Origin: Minisyncoccota bacterium
GTDB taxonomy: Bacteria; Patescibacteriota; Minisyncoccia; Phycocordibacterales; UBA9973
NCBI GenBank assembly: GCA_025453495.1
Contig: JALOQM010000001.1
Span: forward strand, 155,161-219,160
Direction: 5' to 3'
DNA: 64,000 nucleotides
The translations under genes were made by a program, and so were the position numbers. The notes beneath the pieces are model-generated. The model searched no databases and was not told where the DNA came from. It saw only the letters and a list, made by a program, of their open reading frames with translations. Positions 46,718 through 57,089 of the stretch are shown piece after piece (position 1 is the first letter of the stretch; the number at the start of each line of letters is the position of its first letter).

Positions 46718-47449
46718 ATGCTCATGATAGCACTGTATTTTTTGCTGGCGCACTGGTTTTTATCATTGTTCTGCCAGACATTTTTTCTGCACCGGTATGC
46801 ATCACACAAGATGTTTACTATGAAGAGAGGGACAGAGCGATTCTTCTATTTCCTCACTTTTCTTTTTCAAGGATCATCATTTCTCAATCCTCGAGCATAC
46901 GCACTCATGCATCGCATGCATCACGAGTATAGTGATACAGAAAAAGATCCACATCCGCCACATTTAGTAAAAGATATTTGGCGACTTATGCTTCGGACAC
47001 GAGATATCTATAGTGATTTTGTGTCCCGTCGAGTACTTCCAGAAAACCAGTTTGATGGGGACTATCCAGAATGGCCCGCGCTTGATTCTTTTGGGAATCG
47101 CTGGAGCGTCCGGATCGGTTTTGGGGTATTGTACATTGTGCTGTATTGCTTTTTTGTAGAAGAATGGTGGCTCTTTTTTCTTTTGCCTATCCATTTTCTC
47201 ATGGGTCCTATCCATGGAGCAATCGTTAATTGGTGCGGACATAAATACGGCTACGCCAATTACAACAATGAAGATAAGTCAAAGAATACTTTTCCTATTG
47301 AACTGTTTCTGATGGGGGAACTTTTCCAAAACAACCACCATAAGTTTCCCAAAAAAGGAAATTTCGCAGTTCGTTGGTTTGAATTTGATCCAACATGGCC
47401 AATAATCAAGTTACTGGATTGGTGTGGAGTAATTAGGTTGAAAACATAA
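46718..47449 (+). CDS. Membrane fatty-acid (acyl-lipid/acyl-CoA) desaturase family protein
   Basis: His boxes HRYASH, HRMHHEY and a C-terminal QNNHH; several TM segments. Confidence 0.65.
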   Translation: MLMIALYFLLAHWFLSLFCQTFFLHRYASHKMFTMKRGTERFFYFLTFLFQGSSFLNPRAYALMHRMHHEYSDTEKDPHPPHLVKDIWRLMLRTRDIYSDFVSRRVLPENQFDGDYPEWPALDSFGNRWSVRIGFGVLYIVLYCFFVEEWWLFFLLPIHFLMGPIHGAIVNWCGHKYGYANYNNEDKSKNTFPIELFLMGELFQNNHHKFPKKGNFAVRWFEFDPTWPIIKLLDWCGVIRLKT

Positions 47450-47460
47450 AAGATAATAAA

Positions 47461-47489
47461 AACACTATGGCAGTGCCCTAGTGTTTTTT
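47461..47489 (+). terminator. Rho-independent terminator after the desaturase gene
   Basis: AACACTA-TGGCAGTGCCC-TAGTGTT followed by TTTTTC. Confidence 0.5.
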
Positions 47490-47540
47490 CTTGAGTGAAG
47501 AATGTAACAAGTGTTTGCAGCAGATAGTTTGGTATACTAT

Positions 47541-48101
47541 ATGTCTATGTTATATACAGGAAAAGGCGACAGTGGTACAACAAAACTCTTCAACACTCCT
47601 TCAGGCGAGCGGTTGCCAAAAACACATCCAGTTTTTGAAGCGCTTGGCACTGTAGATGAACTTGTGGCGCAACTCGGTCTTCTAAAAGTCGGCTTGCGCT
47701 CTACTGATCTTATGATCGGAGAAGTCAGAGCAGATATCGTGACGCATAACGTACAAGAAGCATTGTTTACTCTGCAGGCGGAGCTTGCAGGAGCAGGTAT
47801 GTCGATTGCCGAAGAGCGTGTAACTGAGCTTGGAGCGCTTGTTGATGAGATTGAGAACTTACTACCCCCTATAAAGACTTTTTTTATCGCTGGCGCTACC
47901 GAGCTTTCGGCACAAGCAGATGTTTGTCGTACTATTTCTCGACGCATGGAGCGCACAGTACTGCATGCTGTTTCGGCTGGAATCAAAGTATCTCCAGCCT
48001 CACTTGCGTATGCAAATCGTCTTTCAAGTCTCCTCTATGCCATTGCGCGCTTCTCTAGCTATAGTGCTGGTGTCGATGAAGCTCCGCCATCATATACGTA
48101 G
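47541..48101 (+). CDS. ATP:cob(I)alamin adenosyltransferase, PduO/MMAB type
   Basis: N-terminal YTGKGDSGTT motif; about 185 aa; internal start of track ORF 47511..48101. Confidence 0.7.
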   Translation: MSMLYTGKGDSGTTKLFNTPSGERLPKTHPVFEALGTVDELVAQLGLLKVGLRSTDLMIGEVRADIVTHNVQEALFTLQAELAGAGMSIAEERVTELGALVDEIENLLPPIKTFFIAGATELSAQADVCRTISRRMERTVLHAVSAGIKVSPASLAYANRLSSLLYAIARFSSYSAGVDEAPPSYT

Positions 48102-48110
48102 CCTTCTACT

Positions 48111-48602
48111 ATGTTTAAGGAAGACTTACTCGCAGTCAAGAAACTTCATACTGACGGTCATCTGCATTGGCGGATTGTCTGGCGTGTATCTATCCTCCTT
48201 CTTTACTCCATTGTCTTTCTTGGTATTGCGTCTTACCACTTTTTTGCTGATACTCTCAATTTCTTTATAGCGTCTGGTCTCTACTCTATTGGCTTCTTGC
48301 TCGGCTTTTTTTTGGTTTCAAAAATGTTTCGTATTCACTGGGACAAAGAACGTGCACTCGTTATCGCAAGTGGCATGAATTTTTTTGGGTTCTTCATACT
48401 TCTCCTATATGCGGCACTTCGCTATTGGTCAAATAATGTTGTTGATTATCTCTTGCATCCTGATGCTGCAAGAGTTCCAGGTCTGACATTTTGTTTTGTT
48501 GCAGGAATCATGCTCGGGAGATTTTTCTATACAGTGATAGCAATTAGAAGGGTACACAGTGATAGTTGGGTTACACACAAGTATAAAATTGACAATATTT
48601 GA
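48111..48602 (+). CDS. Hypothetical membrane protein (4 TM)
   Basis: 163-aa hydrophobic ORF. Confidence 0.35.
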   Translation: MFKEDLLAVKKLHTDGHLHWRIVWRVSILLLYSIVFLGIASYHFFADTLNFFIASGLYSIGFLLGFFLVSKMFRIHWDKERALVIASGMNFFGFFILLLYAALRYWSNNVVDYLLHPDAARVPGLTFCFVAGIMLGRFFYTVIAIRRVHSDSWVTHKYKIDNI

Positions 48603-48665
48603 TATACATGTTATTTATAAATTTATGATCTTTTAAACTAAATATTCACCATAAAACGACAGAAC

Positions 48666-49187
48666 ATGTTAAAACTCGCAATAATTGCCACAGGCGGTCA
48701 AATGGTTATTCCTGGTAGAGATATGGTTGCACCGCCTGATCTCATTACAGACCAAAGTTTCAAATCACGACTCAATGACTATATTTTGAGAGCCGATTAC
48801 ATGCCAGCTGCTCGTCCTGAAGCAGGCATACTCAAGCGCCCATCAATTATTGAAGTGTTTGAAAAAGGTGTTACTCTCGAAGACATCTTTGATTTAGCAC
48901 GAACTAAAACTGGTGTAGCGTTGTATGATGTACTTGGTCTTTGTCTTGTGCTCGAAGCTGAGATTGAGTTCCTGTTTGCCAATATACCTGAAAAAGGCAA
49001 TAAGCTGATTGCTCTCAAAGAACATAGGAAAAAATCTAAGAATTCTGAAATTCTCATATCGCCTTCTCTGTGCTGGTTTGAACTCAACAATGATGAAAAA
49101 AAGATTAATGCTATTGTTTTCAACTATAGCCACCTTACACAAGAATTATTCAAGCCCGGTAGTCGTCTTATCTTTTTTCACGATTGA
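48666..49187 (+). CDS. Hypothetical protein (173 aa)
   Basis: ORF with a downstream terminator. Confidence 0.35.
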   Translation: MLKLAIIATGGQMVIPGRDMVAPPDLITDQSFKSRLNDYILRADYMPAARPEAGILKRPSIIEVFEKGVTLEDIFDLARTKTGVALYDVLGLCLVLEAEIEFLFANIPEKGNKLIALKEHRKKSKNSEILISPSLCWFELNNDEKKINAIVFNYSHLTQELFKPGSRLIFFHD

Positions 49188-49210
49188 ATAGATAGATGTT
49201 ATTTTTTTTA

Positions 49211-49245
49211 GAACGCGCCCTCTGATTCAGGCGCGTTCTTTTATT
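49211..49245 (+). terminator. Rho-independent terminator
   Basis: GAACGCGCC-CTCTGATTCA-GGCGCGTTC followed by TTTTATTTC. Confidence 0.55.
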
Positions 49246-49281
49246 TCTTTTTCTATTCTTTCTATCTATAATACGAATGTC

Positions 49282-50160
49282 ATGATGACACTAAAGCAGA
49301 TACTAATTACTGAACCTTCTCCGGAGTATGAGCTGATTGACTCAGGCGACGGCAAAAAACTCGAGCGGTACGGACGTTTTGTTTTTTCGCGTCCTGATCC
49401 ACAAGTACTCTGGTCAAGATGTCTTCCAGTCTCTGTGTGGCGCAACGCCGATCTTGAATTTGTCCGGAAAGGAAAAGAAACGAAGTGGAATGTCGCAGCG
49501 CACGTCCCGAAAGAGTGGCCAATACATTTTTGTGGAGTCACTATGCTTATCCGCCCCACAAGCTTCAAGCACACCGGAGTATTCCCTGAGCAGGAGGGGA
49601 ACTGGCAGTGGATTCGTGAGTGTATCAGAGCAGTGAAGCAACCAGTGCGAGTCTTGAATCTCTTTGGTTACACTGGTGGAGCGACGCTTGTCGCAGCTTT
49701 GGCTGGTGCTGAAGTGACGCATGTAGACGGCTCTAAAGCTGCAATTGCTTGGGCACGCGAAAATGCCGCTCTGTCTGGTCTTTCTGAAGCCCCGATTCGT
49801 TGGATGCTTGATGATGTCAAAGTATTTCTCAAAAAAGAACTAAAGCGTGGTAAACGCTACGACGGCATCATTATGGATCCACCGACTTTTGGCTATGGAC
49901 CAAAAAAGGAACTCTGGAAGATTGAAGAAGATTTCATGGAGCTTCTCGCGCTTACTCGCCAGATACTTACCGATACTCCACTTTTTGTGCTTGCAAGTGG
50001 CTATGCTTCTGGCTATTCTCCAGTGACGTATGGTAATTGTTTTGAAATAACTTTTTCTGATCTTGGTGGCAGTATCACAGCTGGAGAGCTTGCACTGCGA
50101 GAATCGTCTTCCGGACGATTGCTCCCGGCGGGTATTTTTGCAAGGTGGTCTCGTGAGTAA
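49282..50160 (+). CDS. Class I SAM-dependent rRNA methyltransferase (RlmI/RlmK/YccW-like)
   Basis: ...LNLFGYTGGATL... (motif I-like) and ...IIMDPPTFGYG... (DPPxF motif IV); 292 aa. Confidence 0.65.
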   Translation: MMTLKQILITEPSPEYELIDSGDGKKLERYGRFVFSRPDPQVLWSRCLPVSVWRNADLEFVRKGKETKWNVAAHVPKEWPIHFCGVTMLIRPTSFKHTGVFPEQEGNWQWIRECIRAVKQPVRVLNLFGYTGGATLVAALAGAEVTHVDGSKAAIAWARENAALSGLSEAPIRWMLDDVKVFLKKELKRGKRYDGIIMDPPTFGYGPKKELWKIEEDFMELLALTRQILTDTPLFVLASGYASGYSPVTYGNCFEITFSDLGGSITAGELALRESSSGRLLPAGIFARWSRE

Positions 50161-50161
50161 T

Positions 50162-50662
50162 ATGCTATACTTTCCCCGTATGAAGAAAGAAAAAAAGAAA
50201 AGCGCTCAAACAGCGCGGTCAATTATTTATATAATTCTTATCGTTGTCCTTATCGGTGGCCTTGCATATCTTGGCTTTCGGTCAAAGGAGAACGGTGCTA
50301 TGCAAGGTATGGTAACGCTTGAAAATGGTTTGCAGTATGAGATCACAAAAGAAGGTAGTGGTCCTGGGATTAAAAGTGGTGAAGTTGCGGTAGTGAACTA
50401 TACTGGTCGTCTTGAAGACGGTACAGTATTTGATTCAAATGTTGACCCAGCATTTGGACACACAGTTGTGTTTGAATTCGTCATCGACGAGGGTGCGGTT
50501 ATCAAGGGTTGGGATATCGGTGTCAAAGGTATGAAAGTTGGTGAGAAGCGCACACTTGTACTTCCTCCAGAGCTTGGCTACGGTTCTAGCTCGATTGGTC
50601 TAATTCCTCCGAATGCAACACTTATTTTTGATGTCGAACTTCTTGAGATCAAACAAGATTAA
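50162..50662 (+). CDS. FKBP-type peptidyl-prolyl cis-trans isomerase with N-terminal membrane anchor
   Basis: Internal start MLYFPRMKKEKKK; TM segment; FKBP domain ...GVKSGEVAVVNYTGRLEDGTVFDS...IKGWDIGVKGMKVGEKRTLVLPPELGYG...LIFDVELLEI. Confidence 0.8.
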   Translation: MLYFPRMKKEKKKSAQTARSIIYIILIVVLIGGLAYLGFRSKENGAMQGMVTLENGLQYEITKEGSGPGIKSGEVAVVNYTGRLEDGTVFDSNVDPAFGHTVVFEFVIDEGAVIKGWDIGVKGMKVGEKRTLVLPPELGYGSSSIGLIPPNATLIFDVELLEIKQD

Positions 50663-50689
50663 TAATAACAGATAGACTCTACATACTAT

Positions 50690-51484
50690 ATGGAACAATT
50701 TTTTGGAGGAAAAAAATTTGCAAAGTCACTCATCATACTCGCAAGTGTGATCTCAGTGTTCTTTGTAGTAAAAATAGTCTCGACTATCAGAGAATACAAA
50801 TATATCGGCCAAGACGTACTTTCAAATCGTACTATTACAGTCGAGGGTAAAGGTGAAGAATTTGCAATTCCAGATATCGCGACGATTTCGTTTGGTGCGC
50901 AGCAAGACGGTGCTACTGTAGTTGAAGCACAGAAAGAAGTAACTAGAAAAATTGATGCAGCGCTCGCTGTTATCACTGCTGCAAATATTGCAGAAAAAGA
51001 TATCAAGACTGTTGAGTATAGTGCAGTGCCGAGATATGAAATACAGCCGCCATGTCTTAACTATTTCTGCCCAAGTCGTGACCAGAAGATTATCGGCTAT
51101 ACAGTTAATCAGACTATTTCCGTAAAGGTTCGTGATACAGAGAAAGTCAGTGCTCTTCTTGATGGTCTTGCTAAGGCAGAAGTGACAAATATCTCTGGTC
51201 CGGATTTTAGTGTTGATGATGAAGATGCTATGCGCGCAAAAGCCCGTGCGAAGGCTATCGATGACGCAAAAGCGAAAGCAACGGTGCTTTCTAAGCAGCT
51301 TGGCGTTAAACTAGTTCGCATTGCGAATTTCAGTGAGTCTGGCAACTATCCAATATACTATGCAAAATCAGCGGTTGGTATGGGTGCGAGTATGGAAGTT
51401 GCGACAGCAATGCCAACACCAGCACTTCCAGTGGGAGAGAACAAGATTACTTCAAACGTGACTATTACCTACGAGATCAGATAA
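50690..51484 (+). CDS. SIMPL-domain (DUF541) protein, N-terminal TM anchor
   Basis: 264 aa; ...ITVEGKGEEFAIPDIATISFGAQ... at the N-terminus and ...ITSNVTITYEI at the C-terminus are typical of SIMPL/BP26-like proteins. Confidence 0.5.
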   Translation: MEQFFGGKKFAKSLIILASVISVFFVVKIVSTIREYKYIGQDVLSNRTITVEGKGEEFAIPDIATISFGAQQDGATVVEAQKEVTRKIDAALAVITAANIAEKDIKTVEYSAVPRYEIQPPCLNYFCPSRDQKIIGYTVNQTISVKVRDTEKVSALLDGLAKAEVTNISGPDFSVDDEDAMRAKARAKAIDDAKAKATVLSKQLGVKLVRIANFSESGNYPIYYAKSAVGMGASMEVATAMPTPALPVGENKITSNVTITYEIR

Positions 51485-51496
51485 CGGAGTATATAT

Positions 51497-51524
51497 AAAA
51501 AAGCCCCACTTATGGGGCTTTTTT
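51497..51524 (+). terminator. Rho-independent terminator after the SIMPL gene
   Basis: AAAAAGCCCCACTTATGGGGCTTTTTT. Confidence 0.65.
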
Positions 51525-51622
51525 ATATATACATTGACTTCACTACATTGAAATGATACTCTGCAAGCAAGCCCCGCGGGGTGTTTTTTAATAAGAGTAG
51601 TATTTCCGCGGCGATTAACATC

Positions 51623-51805
51623 ATGAAAATCACTGAATACATAAAAGATACAAAAGGAGAACTTAAGCATGTCAATTGGCCGACACGGTCGCAAACAGTG
51701 ATCTTCACTGTTGTCGTCATTATTCTTTCGCTTGTATTAGCCTATGCGCTTGGGCTTTTTGACTTTGCATTTGCGCAAATTTGGCAGAAGATAATTGGCT
51801 ACTAA
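51623..51805 (+). CDS. secE: Preprotein translocase subunit SecE
   Basis: 60 aa: MKITEYIKDTKGELKHVNWPTRSQTVIFTVVVIILSLVLAYALGLFD...; immediately upstream of nusG. A second hairpin (CCCCGCGGGG followed by Ts) lies in the leader at ~51568. Confidence 0.8.
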   Translation: MKITEYIKDTKGELKHVNWPTRSQTVIFTVVVIILSLVLAYALGLFDFAFAQIWQKIIGY

Positions 51806-51813
51806 TCACATAT

Positions 51814-52359
51814 ATGTCAAAACAAGAAACTACAGGAGCACGTAATTGGTACGCGATTCATACCTATGCAGGATATGAAAATGCTGTTCTTCGTAATCTC
51901 AAGCAGCGTATCGATTCTCTTGGTATGAATGACAAGATTTTTAATGTCGTTGTACCAACAGAAAAGAAGATCAAGATCAAAGGCGGCAAGCGCACTGAAT
52001 CAGAAGAAAAAATCTATCCTGGCTACGTGCTTGTCGATATGGTTGTCACCGATGATTCTTGGTACGTCGTTCGTAATACACCGCGCGTCACGGGATTCGT
52101 CGGCGCAGGAGTCAATCCTGTCCCGCTTGCTAAAGAAGAAGTAGATTTCCTTTTCAAGCGCATGGAGCATGATACTGCCAAGCACAATATCGAGCTTGAA
52201 GTTGGAGAGACAATCATCATTAACGATGGTCCATTCAAAGATCTTGAAGGGAAGGTAGACGAAGTTGATTCTGATCGTGGTAAGGTTAAAGTGCTTGTGT
52301 CGATGTTTGGACGCGAGACACCAGTGGAGCTCGACTTCCTCCAAGTCAGAAAACTCTAA
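51814..52359 (+). CDS. nusG: Transcription termination/antitermination factor NusG
   Basis: Internal start MSKQETTGARNWYAIHTYAGYEN (NGN domain); C-terminal KOW ...GETIIINDGPFKDLEGKVDEVD... Confidence 0.85.
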   Translation: MSKQETTGARNWYAIHTYAGYENAVLRNLKQRIDSLGMNDKIFNVVVPTEKKIKIKGGKRTESEEKIYPGYVLVDMVVTDDSWYVVRNTPRVTGFVGAGVNPVPLAKEEVDFLFKRMEHDTAKHNIELEVGETIIINDGPFKDLEGKVDEVDSDRGKVKVLVSMFGRETPVELDFLQVRKL

Positions 52360-52465
52360 AAGACATAATTGCGTACTTTGGGTTTATTTGGTAATCTGTC
52401 GACACTGTTACTAGTTTCTGGCTTCTACTTAAACCCTAACAGCAAAAAGCTAAAAGCAAATTTAT

Positions 52466-52891
52466 ATGGCAGCTAAAAAAATAACAAAAAAGATCAAATT
52501 ACAGATCGCAGCCGGTAAGGCGACACCTGCTCCACCACTTGGTCCTGCACTCGGTCAGGCTGGTATCAATATCGGCGAGTTCGTTACCAAATTCAACGCC
52601 GCGACATCGAGCATGATGGGAGATACCGTTTCTGTAGTCATCTCTGTGTTTGAAGACAGAACATATGATTTCCAGATCAAGACACCACCGACAACTGGTC
52701 TCATCCTCAAAGCAGCAGGTGTTGAGAAAGGTTCTGGTAAGGTGCCAGCAAAGGCTGGCTCGATCACTAAAGGTAAGCTCAAGGAAATCGCTGAAAAGAA
52801 AATGCCTGATTTGAATGCTAACGATATCGAAGCAGCCATGAAGATTGTCGCAGGATCTGCTAAATCAATGGGAATCGAAATCAAAGACTAA
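52466..52891 (+). CDS. rplK: 50S ribosomal protein L11
   Basis: [45 protein letters not shown]... Confidence 0.9.
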   Translation: MAAKKITKKIKLQIAAGKATPAPPLGPALGQAGINIGEFVTKFNAATSSMMGDTVSVVISVFEDRTYDFQIKTPPTTGLILKAAGVEKGSGKVPAKAGSITKGKLKEIAEKKMPDLNANDIEAAMKIVAGSAKSMGIEIKD

Positions 52892-52903
52892 TCACTAATA
52901 CAA

Positions 52904-52927
52904 AAACCGCCATACGGCGGTTTTTGT
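52904..52927 (+). terminator. Rho-independent terminator after rplK
   Basis: AAAACCGCC-ATAC-GGCGGTTTTTG. Confidence 0.6.
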
Positions 52928-52988
52928 ATTGCTCGACGGATGCGTCCTCCCGTGGTAATCTCTGAGCAGAAACCAATCAAAACTGAAA

Positions 52989-53807
52989 ATGAAAGCAGCC
53001 AGTACCACCAACAGCCAGATCAAGTCGCTTGTCAGCACTGGTCGTGCAATGTTCGATATGCCGGTCACCGACATGGTTGAGCAAGCAATCCCATACTTCC
53101 TGCAATTAACACAGGAAGATGAAGCAAGGAGGATGCAATGGCTTGTTGACCTTTCAGGCGACAGGCATGATCCTGATGACGGTCTCGTCGAAAAGAACGG
53201 CGAGGGGACTGATGACCGAAAATTCTTTTTCCATTACCGACCCCACATCGAGCACATAATCCACGCAAACGGCGGGAATACTGTAAAGTACGGAAAGTAC
53301 ATCAGTCTTCTTTCGGAAATTTACCGGCAGTGTGAACACACGTTCCAGGGAATTATTGGCGGTATCGATGAAGCATTACCCGGCTATCGATTGCTGGAAA
53401 AGTACATGAAGCTGAAGCCAGGAGAGCGCGGAGTGCTCCGTTTGCTTTTTTACAAACCGGGCAACCGCATCCTTGCCAAGGCGCATACCGACCGCAATTT
53501 CGGCACACTGCATATCCATGAATCATATCCGGGATTGTATCTTGATGATGACAAGGAGTGCTTTAAGGTAGAGCGGGACAAGTCACTCGTCTTTTTCGGG
53601 GAAAAAGCGAGCATTGAAACAGATGGGGCACTCAAGCCTTCCATTCATTATGTGGAAGCCACAACATCGGAGTGGCGCTGGTCGGTGGTGTATTTTGCGC
53701 ATATCGAGTGCCGGCTTAGCCAGCACGAGATCGAAGCTATCGTGAAAAAGAAAAAAACCGAGTTTTCATACCCAAATCACGGTAACGAGACGCATTGCCC
53801 AAGGTAA
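52989..53807 (+). CDS. Hypothetical protein, possibly 2OG-Fe(II) oxygenase-like
   Basis: 272 aa; candidate HxD...H triad (AHTDRN ... SIHYVEA); about 50% GC, well above neighbouring genes; sits where rplA would be expected. Confidence 0.3.
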   Translation: MKAASTTNSQIKSLVSTGRAMFDMPVTDMVEQAIPYFLQLTQEDEARRMQWLVDLSGDRHDPDDGLVEKNGEGTDDRKFFFHYRPHIEHIIHANGGNTVKYGKYISLLSEIYRQCEHTFQGIIGGIDEALPGYRLLEKYMKLKPGERGVLRLLFYKPGNRILAKAHTDRNFGTLHIHESYPGLYLDDDKECFKVERDKSLVFFGEKASIETDGALKPSIHYVEATTSEWRWSVVYFAHIECRLSQHEIEAIVKKKKTEFSYPNHGNETHCPR

Positions 53808-53882
53808 CTGCCATCGGCATTAGCCGAAGTTGCTCTATGGGTTGGGCGGTAAAAAGGATTTTTTGAAAAAGAAATCCTTTTT

Positions 53883-54365
53883 TTATTTCTCCAAAACAAC
53901 ATACGAATACGGTACGCCTGTTTTTTCGTCTATTAGTTTTTCTTCAGAAATCACTTTTTTGAAATCACTGTAGTCAGGGAAAAATACATCAGCCTCTTTG
54001 TGATCATCTATGATCGTAAGATAGAGACGATCAGCTATATTGATCGACTGGCGGTATATTTCCGCGCCACCGATGATGAAAATAGCAGTGCCGGATTCTC
54101 TTGCTTTTGCGAGCGCTTCATCGAGTGAATGCGCCACGATGACACCTTCTGGCGGAGTAAAATCGCTATTTCTTGTGATCACGATATTGTGGCGGTCGGG
54201 GAGTGTCCGTCCGATTGATTCAAATGTTTTTCGCCCCACGATGATCACATTGCCGGTCGTGAGCGCGCGAAAGCGCTTCAAATCAGCACTGATGCGATAG
54301 AGAAGCTCATTCTTAGAGCCAAGCCCGCGATCACTCTTTTGTATGGCGGCGATTAGCGCGATCAT
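53883..54365 (-). CDS. folA: Dihydrofolate reductase
   Basis: 160 aa; [52 protein letters not shown]... Confidence 0.9.
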   Translation of the reverse strand: MIALIAAIQKSDRGLGSKNELLYRISADLKRFRALTTGNVIIVGRKTFESIGRTLPDRHNIVITRNSDFTPPEGVIVAHSLDEALAKARESGTAIFIIGGAEIYRQSINIADRLYLTIIDDHKEADVFFPDYSDFKKVISEEKLIDEKTGVPYSYVVLEK

Positions 54366-55330
54366 CAGACGGCGATCGGTGCTTTGATGGCATCGTGCGG
54401 ATTGTAGTCGACCAGTTCGAAATCATCGATCGTGAAATCTTCGATGTTCTTGATAGCAGGATTGATCTTCATTGTTGGCATCGGACGGATGTCATTTTCG
54501 CGGGCAAGCTGCGTTGCTACCTGATCGAGATGATTGAGGTACAGGTGCACGTCGCCGCCGGTCCAGACGAACTCTCCCGGCACAAGTCCGGTCACTTGCG
54601 CGATCATCATGGTCAAGAGGGCATACGAAGCGATATTAAATGGAACACCGAGAAATGTATCGCATGAGCGTTGATAGAGTTGGCAAGATAATTTCCCATC
54701 TGCGACATAAAATTGGAAGAGACAGTGGCATGGCGGAAGTCCTGCTTTTGCCATCTCATCTATATCAGCAACATTCCATGCAGAGACGATTATGCGACGA
54801 GAGTCAGGAGACTTCTTGATCTGTTCGATGACCTGCGCGAGCTGATCGATATGCGCGCCGTTTGGCGCGGGCCAGTTGCGCCACTGGTAGCCATAGATGG
54901 GACCAAGGTTCCCATACTCTTTTGCGAAGACAGCATCTGATACTATTTTTTCTACGAATTCTTTGATACCAGACTGCCATTCTGGAGAATCAGATTTTGG
55001 CACAGGTATATTGTTTTTGACCAGATACGCTTTGTATGGCCACTCGTCCCAGATATGCACATTATTGTCGGCAAGATACTTGAGATTGCTATCACCACGG
55101 ACAAACCAGATAAGCTCATGGATGATTGCTTTGATCGGTACTTTTTTTGTAGTGAGAAGTGGGAAGCCGTCGGCGAGATTAAACCGCATCTGGTAACCAA
55201 AGACGCTTTTTGTTCCGGTACCTGTACGATCAGTTTTGGTTGCGCCTTCACTCATGATGTGTTTGAGGAGTGCGAGATAGGTTGTATCAACGTGTGTTTT
55301 TTGCATACTTTTATTATATGTCCTTTTCAT
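54365..55330 (-). CDS. thyA: Thymidylate synthase (ThyA)
   Basis: ...[20 protein letters not shown]... and ...[42 protein letters not shown]... (catalytic Cys); overlaps folA by 1 nt. Confidence 0.9.
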   Translation of the reverse strand: MKRTYNKSMQKTHVDTTYLALLKHIMSEGATKTDRTGTGTKSVFGYQMRFNLADGFPLLTTKKVPIKAIIHELIWFVRGDSNLKYLADNNVHIWDEWPYKAYLVKNNIPVPKSDSPEWQSGIKEFVEKIVSDAVFAKEYGNLGPIYGYQWRNWPAPNGAHIDQLAQVIEQIKKSPDSRRIIVSAWNVADIDEMAKAGLPPCHCLFQFYVADGKLSCQLYQRSCDTFLGVPFNIASYALLTMMIAQVTGLVPGEFVWTGGDVHLYLNHLDQVATQLARENDIRPMPTMKINPAIKNIEDFTIDDFELVDYNPHDAIKAPIAV

Positions 55331-55485
55331 TCAATACCCAACATATAGCATCTGTATGCGATCGTGCATAAATAGTTATATTTTGGATGTTGCTGTAATG
55401 TGCTACAATAGCACTATAGCAATCCATACTACTCTCATGATTTAACTTTCTTCCGCCACATTTTTATTACTCATCTAACCCGGCA

Positions 55486-56679
55486 ATGCCGTCTACTTAC
55501 ATGAAAGATACACAGATACAAAAACTCATCAAGGCGGAAGCAAAAAGACAAAAAAACGTTATCAATCTCATCGCATCTGAGAACTACGTTTCCAAAGATG
55601 TACTGACCGCACTTGGCTCAGAACTTACAAATAAATACGCCGAAGGCTATCCTGGTCGCAGATACTATGGCGGTAATGAAATCGTCGACAAGGTAGAACT
55701 CCTCTGTATTTCGCGCGCGCTCAAACTATTTAAATTAAAACCAACCGAGTGGCACGTGAACGCACAACTTCTCTCTGGTTCGCCAGCGAACTTCGCACTT
55801 TACTCTGCGCTCGTGCCAATCGGTGGGAAAATTATGGGCATGAAGCTCTCCTCCGGCGGCCACCTTACACATGGCCACCCATTGTCGATGACTGGAAAAC
55901 TGTGGAAACCAATACAGTTTGAACTTGATTCGCAGAGAGAAATTATTGATTACGATGCACTTTTAAAAATTGCGATAAAAGAAAAGCCAGATATGATTGT
56001 CGCAGGATTTACTGCGTATCCGCGTATCGTTGATTTCAAAAAGTTTCGTAAGATAGCAGATGCATGTGGTGCATTGCTCCATGTCGATATGGCACACTTT
56101 TCTGGGCTTGTTGCGGGTGGACAGTATCCATCGCCATTTCCATATGCTGATACTGTCATGACAACGACACACAAGAGCCTCCGCGGTCCACGTCAAGCAC
56201 TTGTCTTTGTCCGCAAAGATGCGCGAGAATTTGATAAGAAACTCGACAAGATGGTTATCCCAGGCCTCTTTGGTGGACCACATGAGAATAATATTGCTGC
56301 TGTCGCTGTTGCACTCAAAGAAGCTGATTCACCAGTATTCAAGAAATATGCAAAACAAGTCATCCAGAACGCTAAGACACTCGCCAAAGAATTACAGAAA
56401 CGTGGCTGGCGCATTATCTCTGGTGGTACAGATTCTCATCTCATTCTTGTGGATACTTGGATGCAAGGTGCTGGTGTTTCTGGTAAAGAGGCGAGTATAA
56501 GACTCGAAAAAGCCGGTATTATCGTGAATATGAATACAATTCCTGGTGATACACGTTCAGTTATGGATCCGTCGGGTATTCGTCTTGGTACCTGTGCAGA
56601 GACGACTCGTGGCAAGAAAGAGAAGGATATGCTAAAGATTGCCGAGAAAATAGATACGGCACTCCGCGCGAAAAAATAA
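55486..56679 (+). CDS. glyA: Serine hydroxymethyltransferase
   Basis: ...GGHLTHGHPLS... and ...TTTHKSLRGPR... (PLP lysine); 397 aa. Confidence 0.9.
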   Translation: MPSTYMKDTQIQKLIKAEAKRQKNVINLIASENYVSKDVLTALGSELTNKYAEGYPGRRYYGGNEIVDKVELLCISRALKLFKLKPTEWHVNAQLLSGSPANFALYSALVPIGGKIMGMKLSSGGHLTHGHPLSMTGKLWKPIQFELDSQREIIDYDALLKIAIKEKPDMIVAGFTAYPRIVDFKKFRKIADACGALLHVDMAHFSGLVAGGQYPSPFPYADTVMTTTHKSLRGPRQALVFVRKDAREFDKKLDKMVIPGLFGGPHENNIAAVAVALKEADSPVFKKYAKQVIQNAKTLAKELQKRGWRIISGGTDSHLILVDTWMQGAGVSGKEASIRLEKAGIIVNMNTIPGDTRSVMDPSGIRLGTCAETTRGKKEKDMLKIAEKIDTALRAKK

Positions 56680-57089
56680 TGAAAATTTTTATCTGTTCTA
56701 GTAAACATTTCTACCCACATGTCGCTCCTATTAAGGAGGCGCTTGAGAAAGCAGATCACGTTATCACACTTCCCAACAGTTACGATAATCCTACGAAAGA
56801 ATTTGAAATGAAAGATAGTGGACAAGAAGTGCATAGTGTCTGGAAGGGTGAAATGCTCAAGCTTCAGAGCATGAAAGTTGCAGCCAATGACGCGATTCTT
56901 GTTTTAAATATGGAAAAAAATGGTCAGCAGAATTACATTGGTGGAGCCACCTTTCTTGAAATTTTCAAAGCGTTTGAGCTTGGTAAAAAAATCTTTTTGT
57001 ATAATCCGATTCCCGAAAATATACTAAAAGATGAATTATGCGGCATGAACCCTACTGTTATTAATGGTAATTTAGAGCTGATACTATGA
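56679..57089 (+). CDS. Nucleoside 2-deoxyribosyltransferase-like protein
   Basis: 136 aa; MKIFICSS... N-terminus and ...YIGGATFLEIFKAFELGKKIFLY... Rossmann-like NDT layout; overlaps the next gene by 4 nt. Confidence 0.45.
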   Translation: MKIFICSSKHFYPHVAPIKEALEKADHVITLPNSYDNPTKEFEMKDSGQEVHSVWKGEMLKLQSMKVAANDAILVLNMEKNGQQNYIGGATFLEIFKAFELGKKIFLYNPIPENILKDELCGMNPTVINGNLELIL

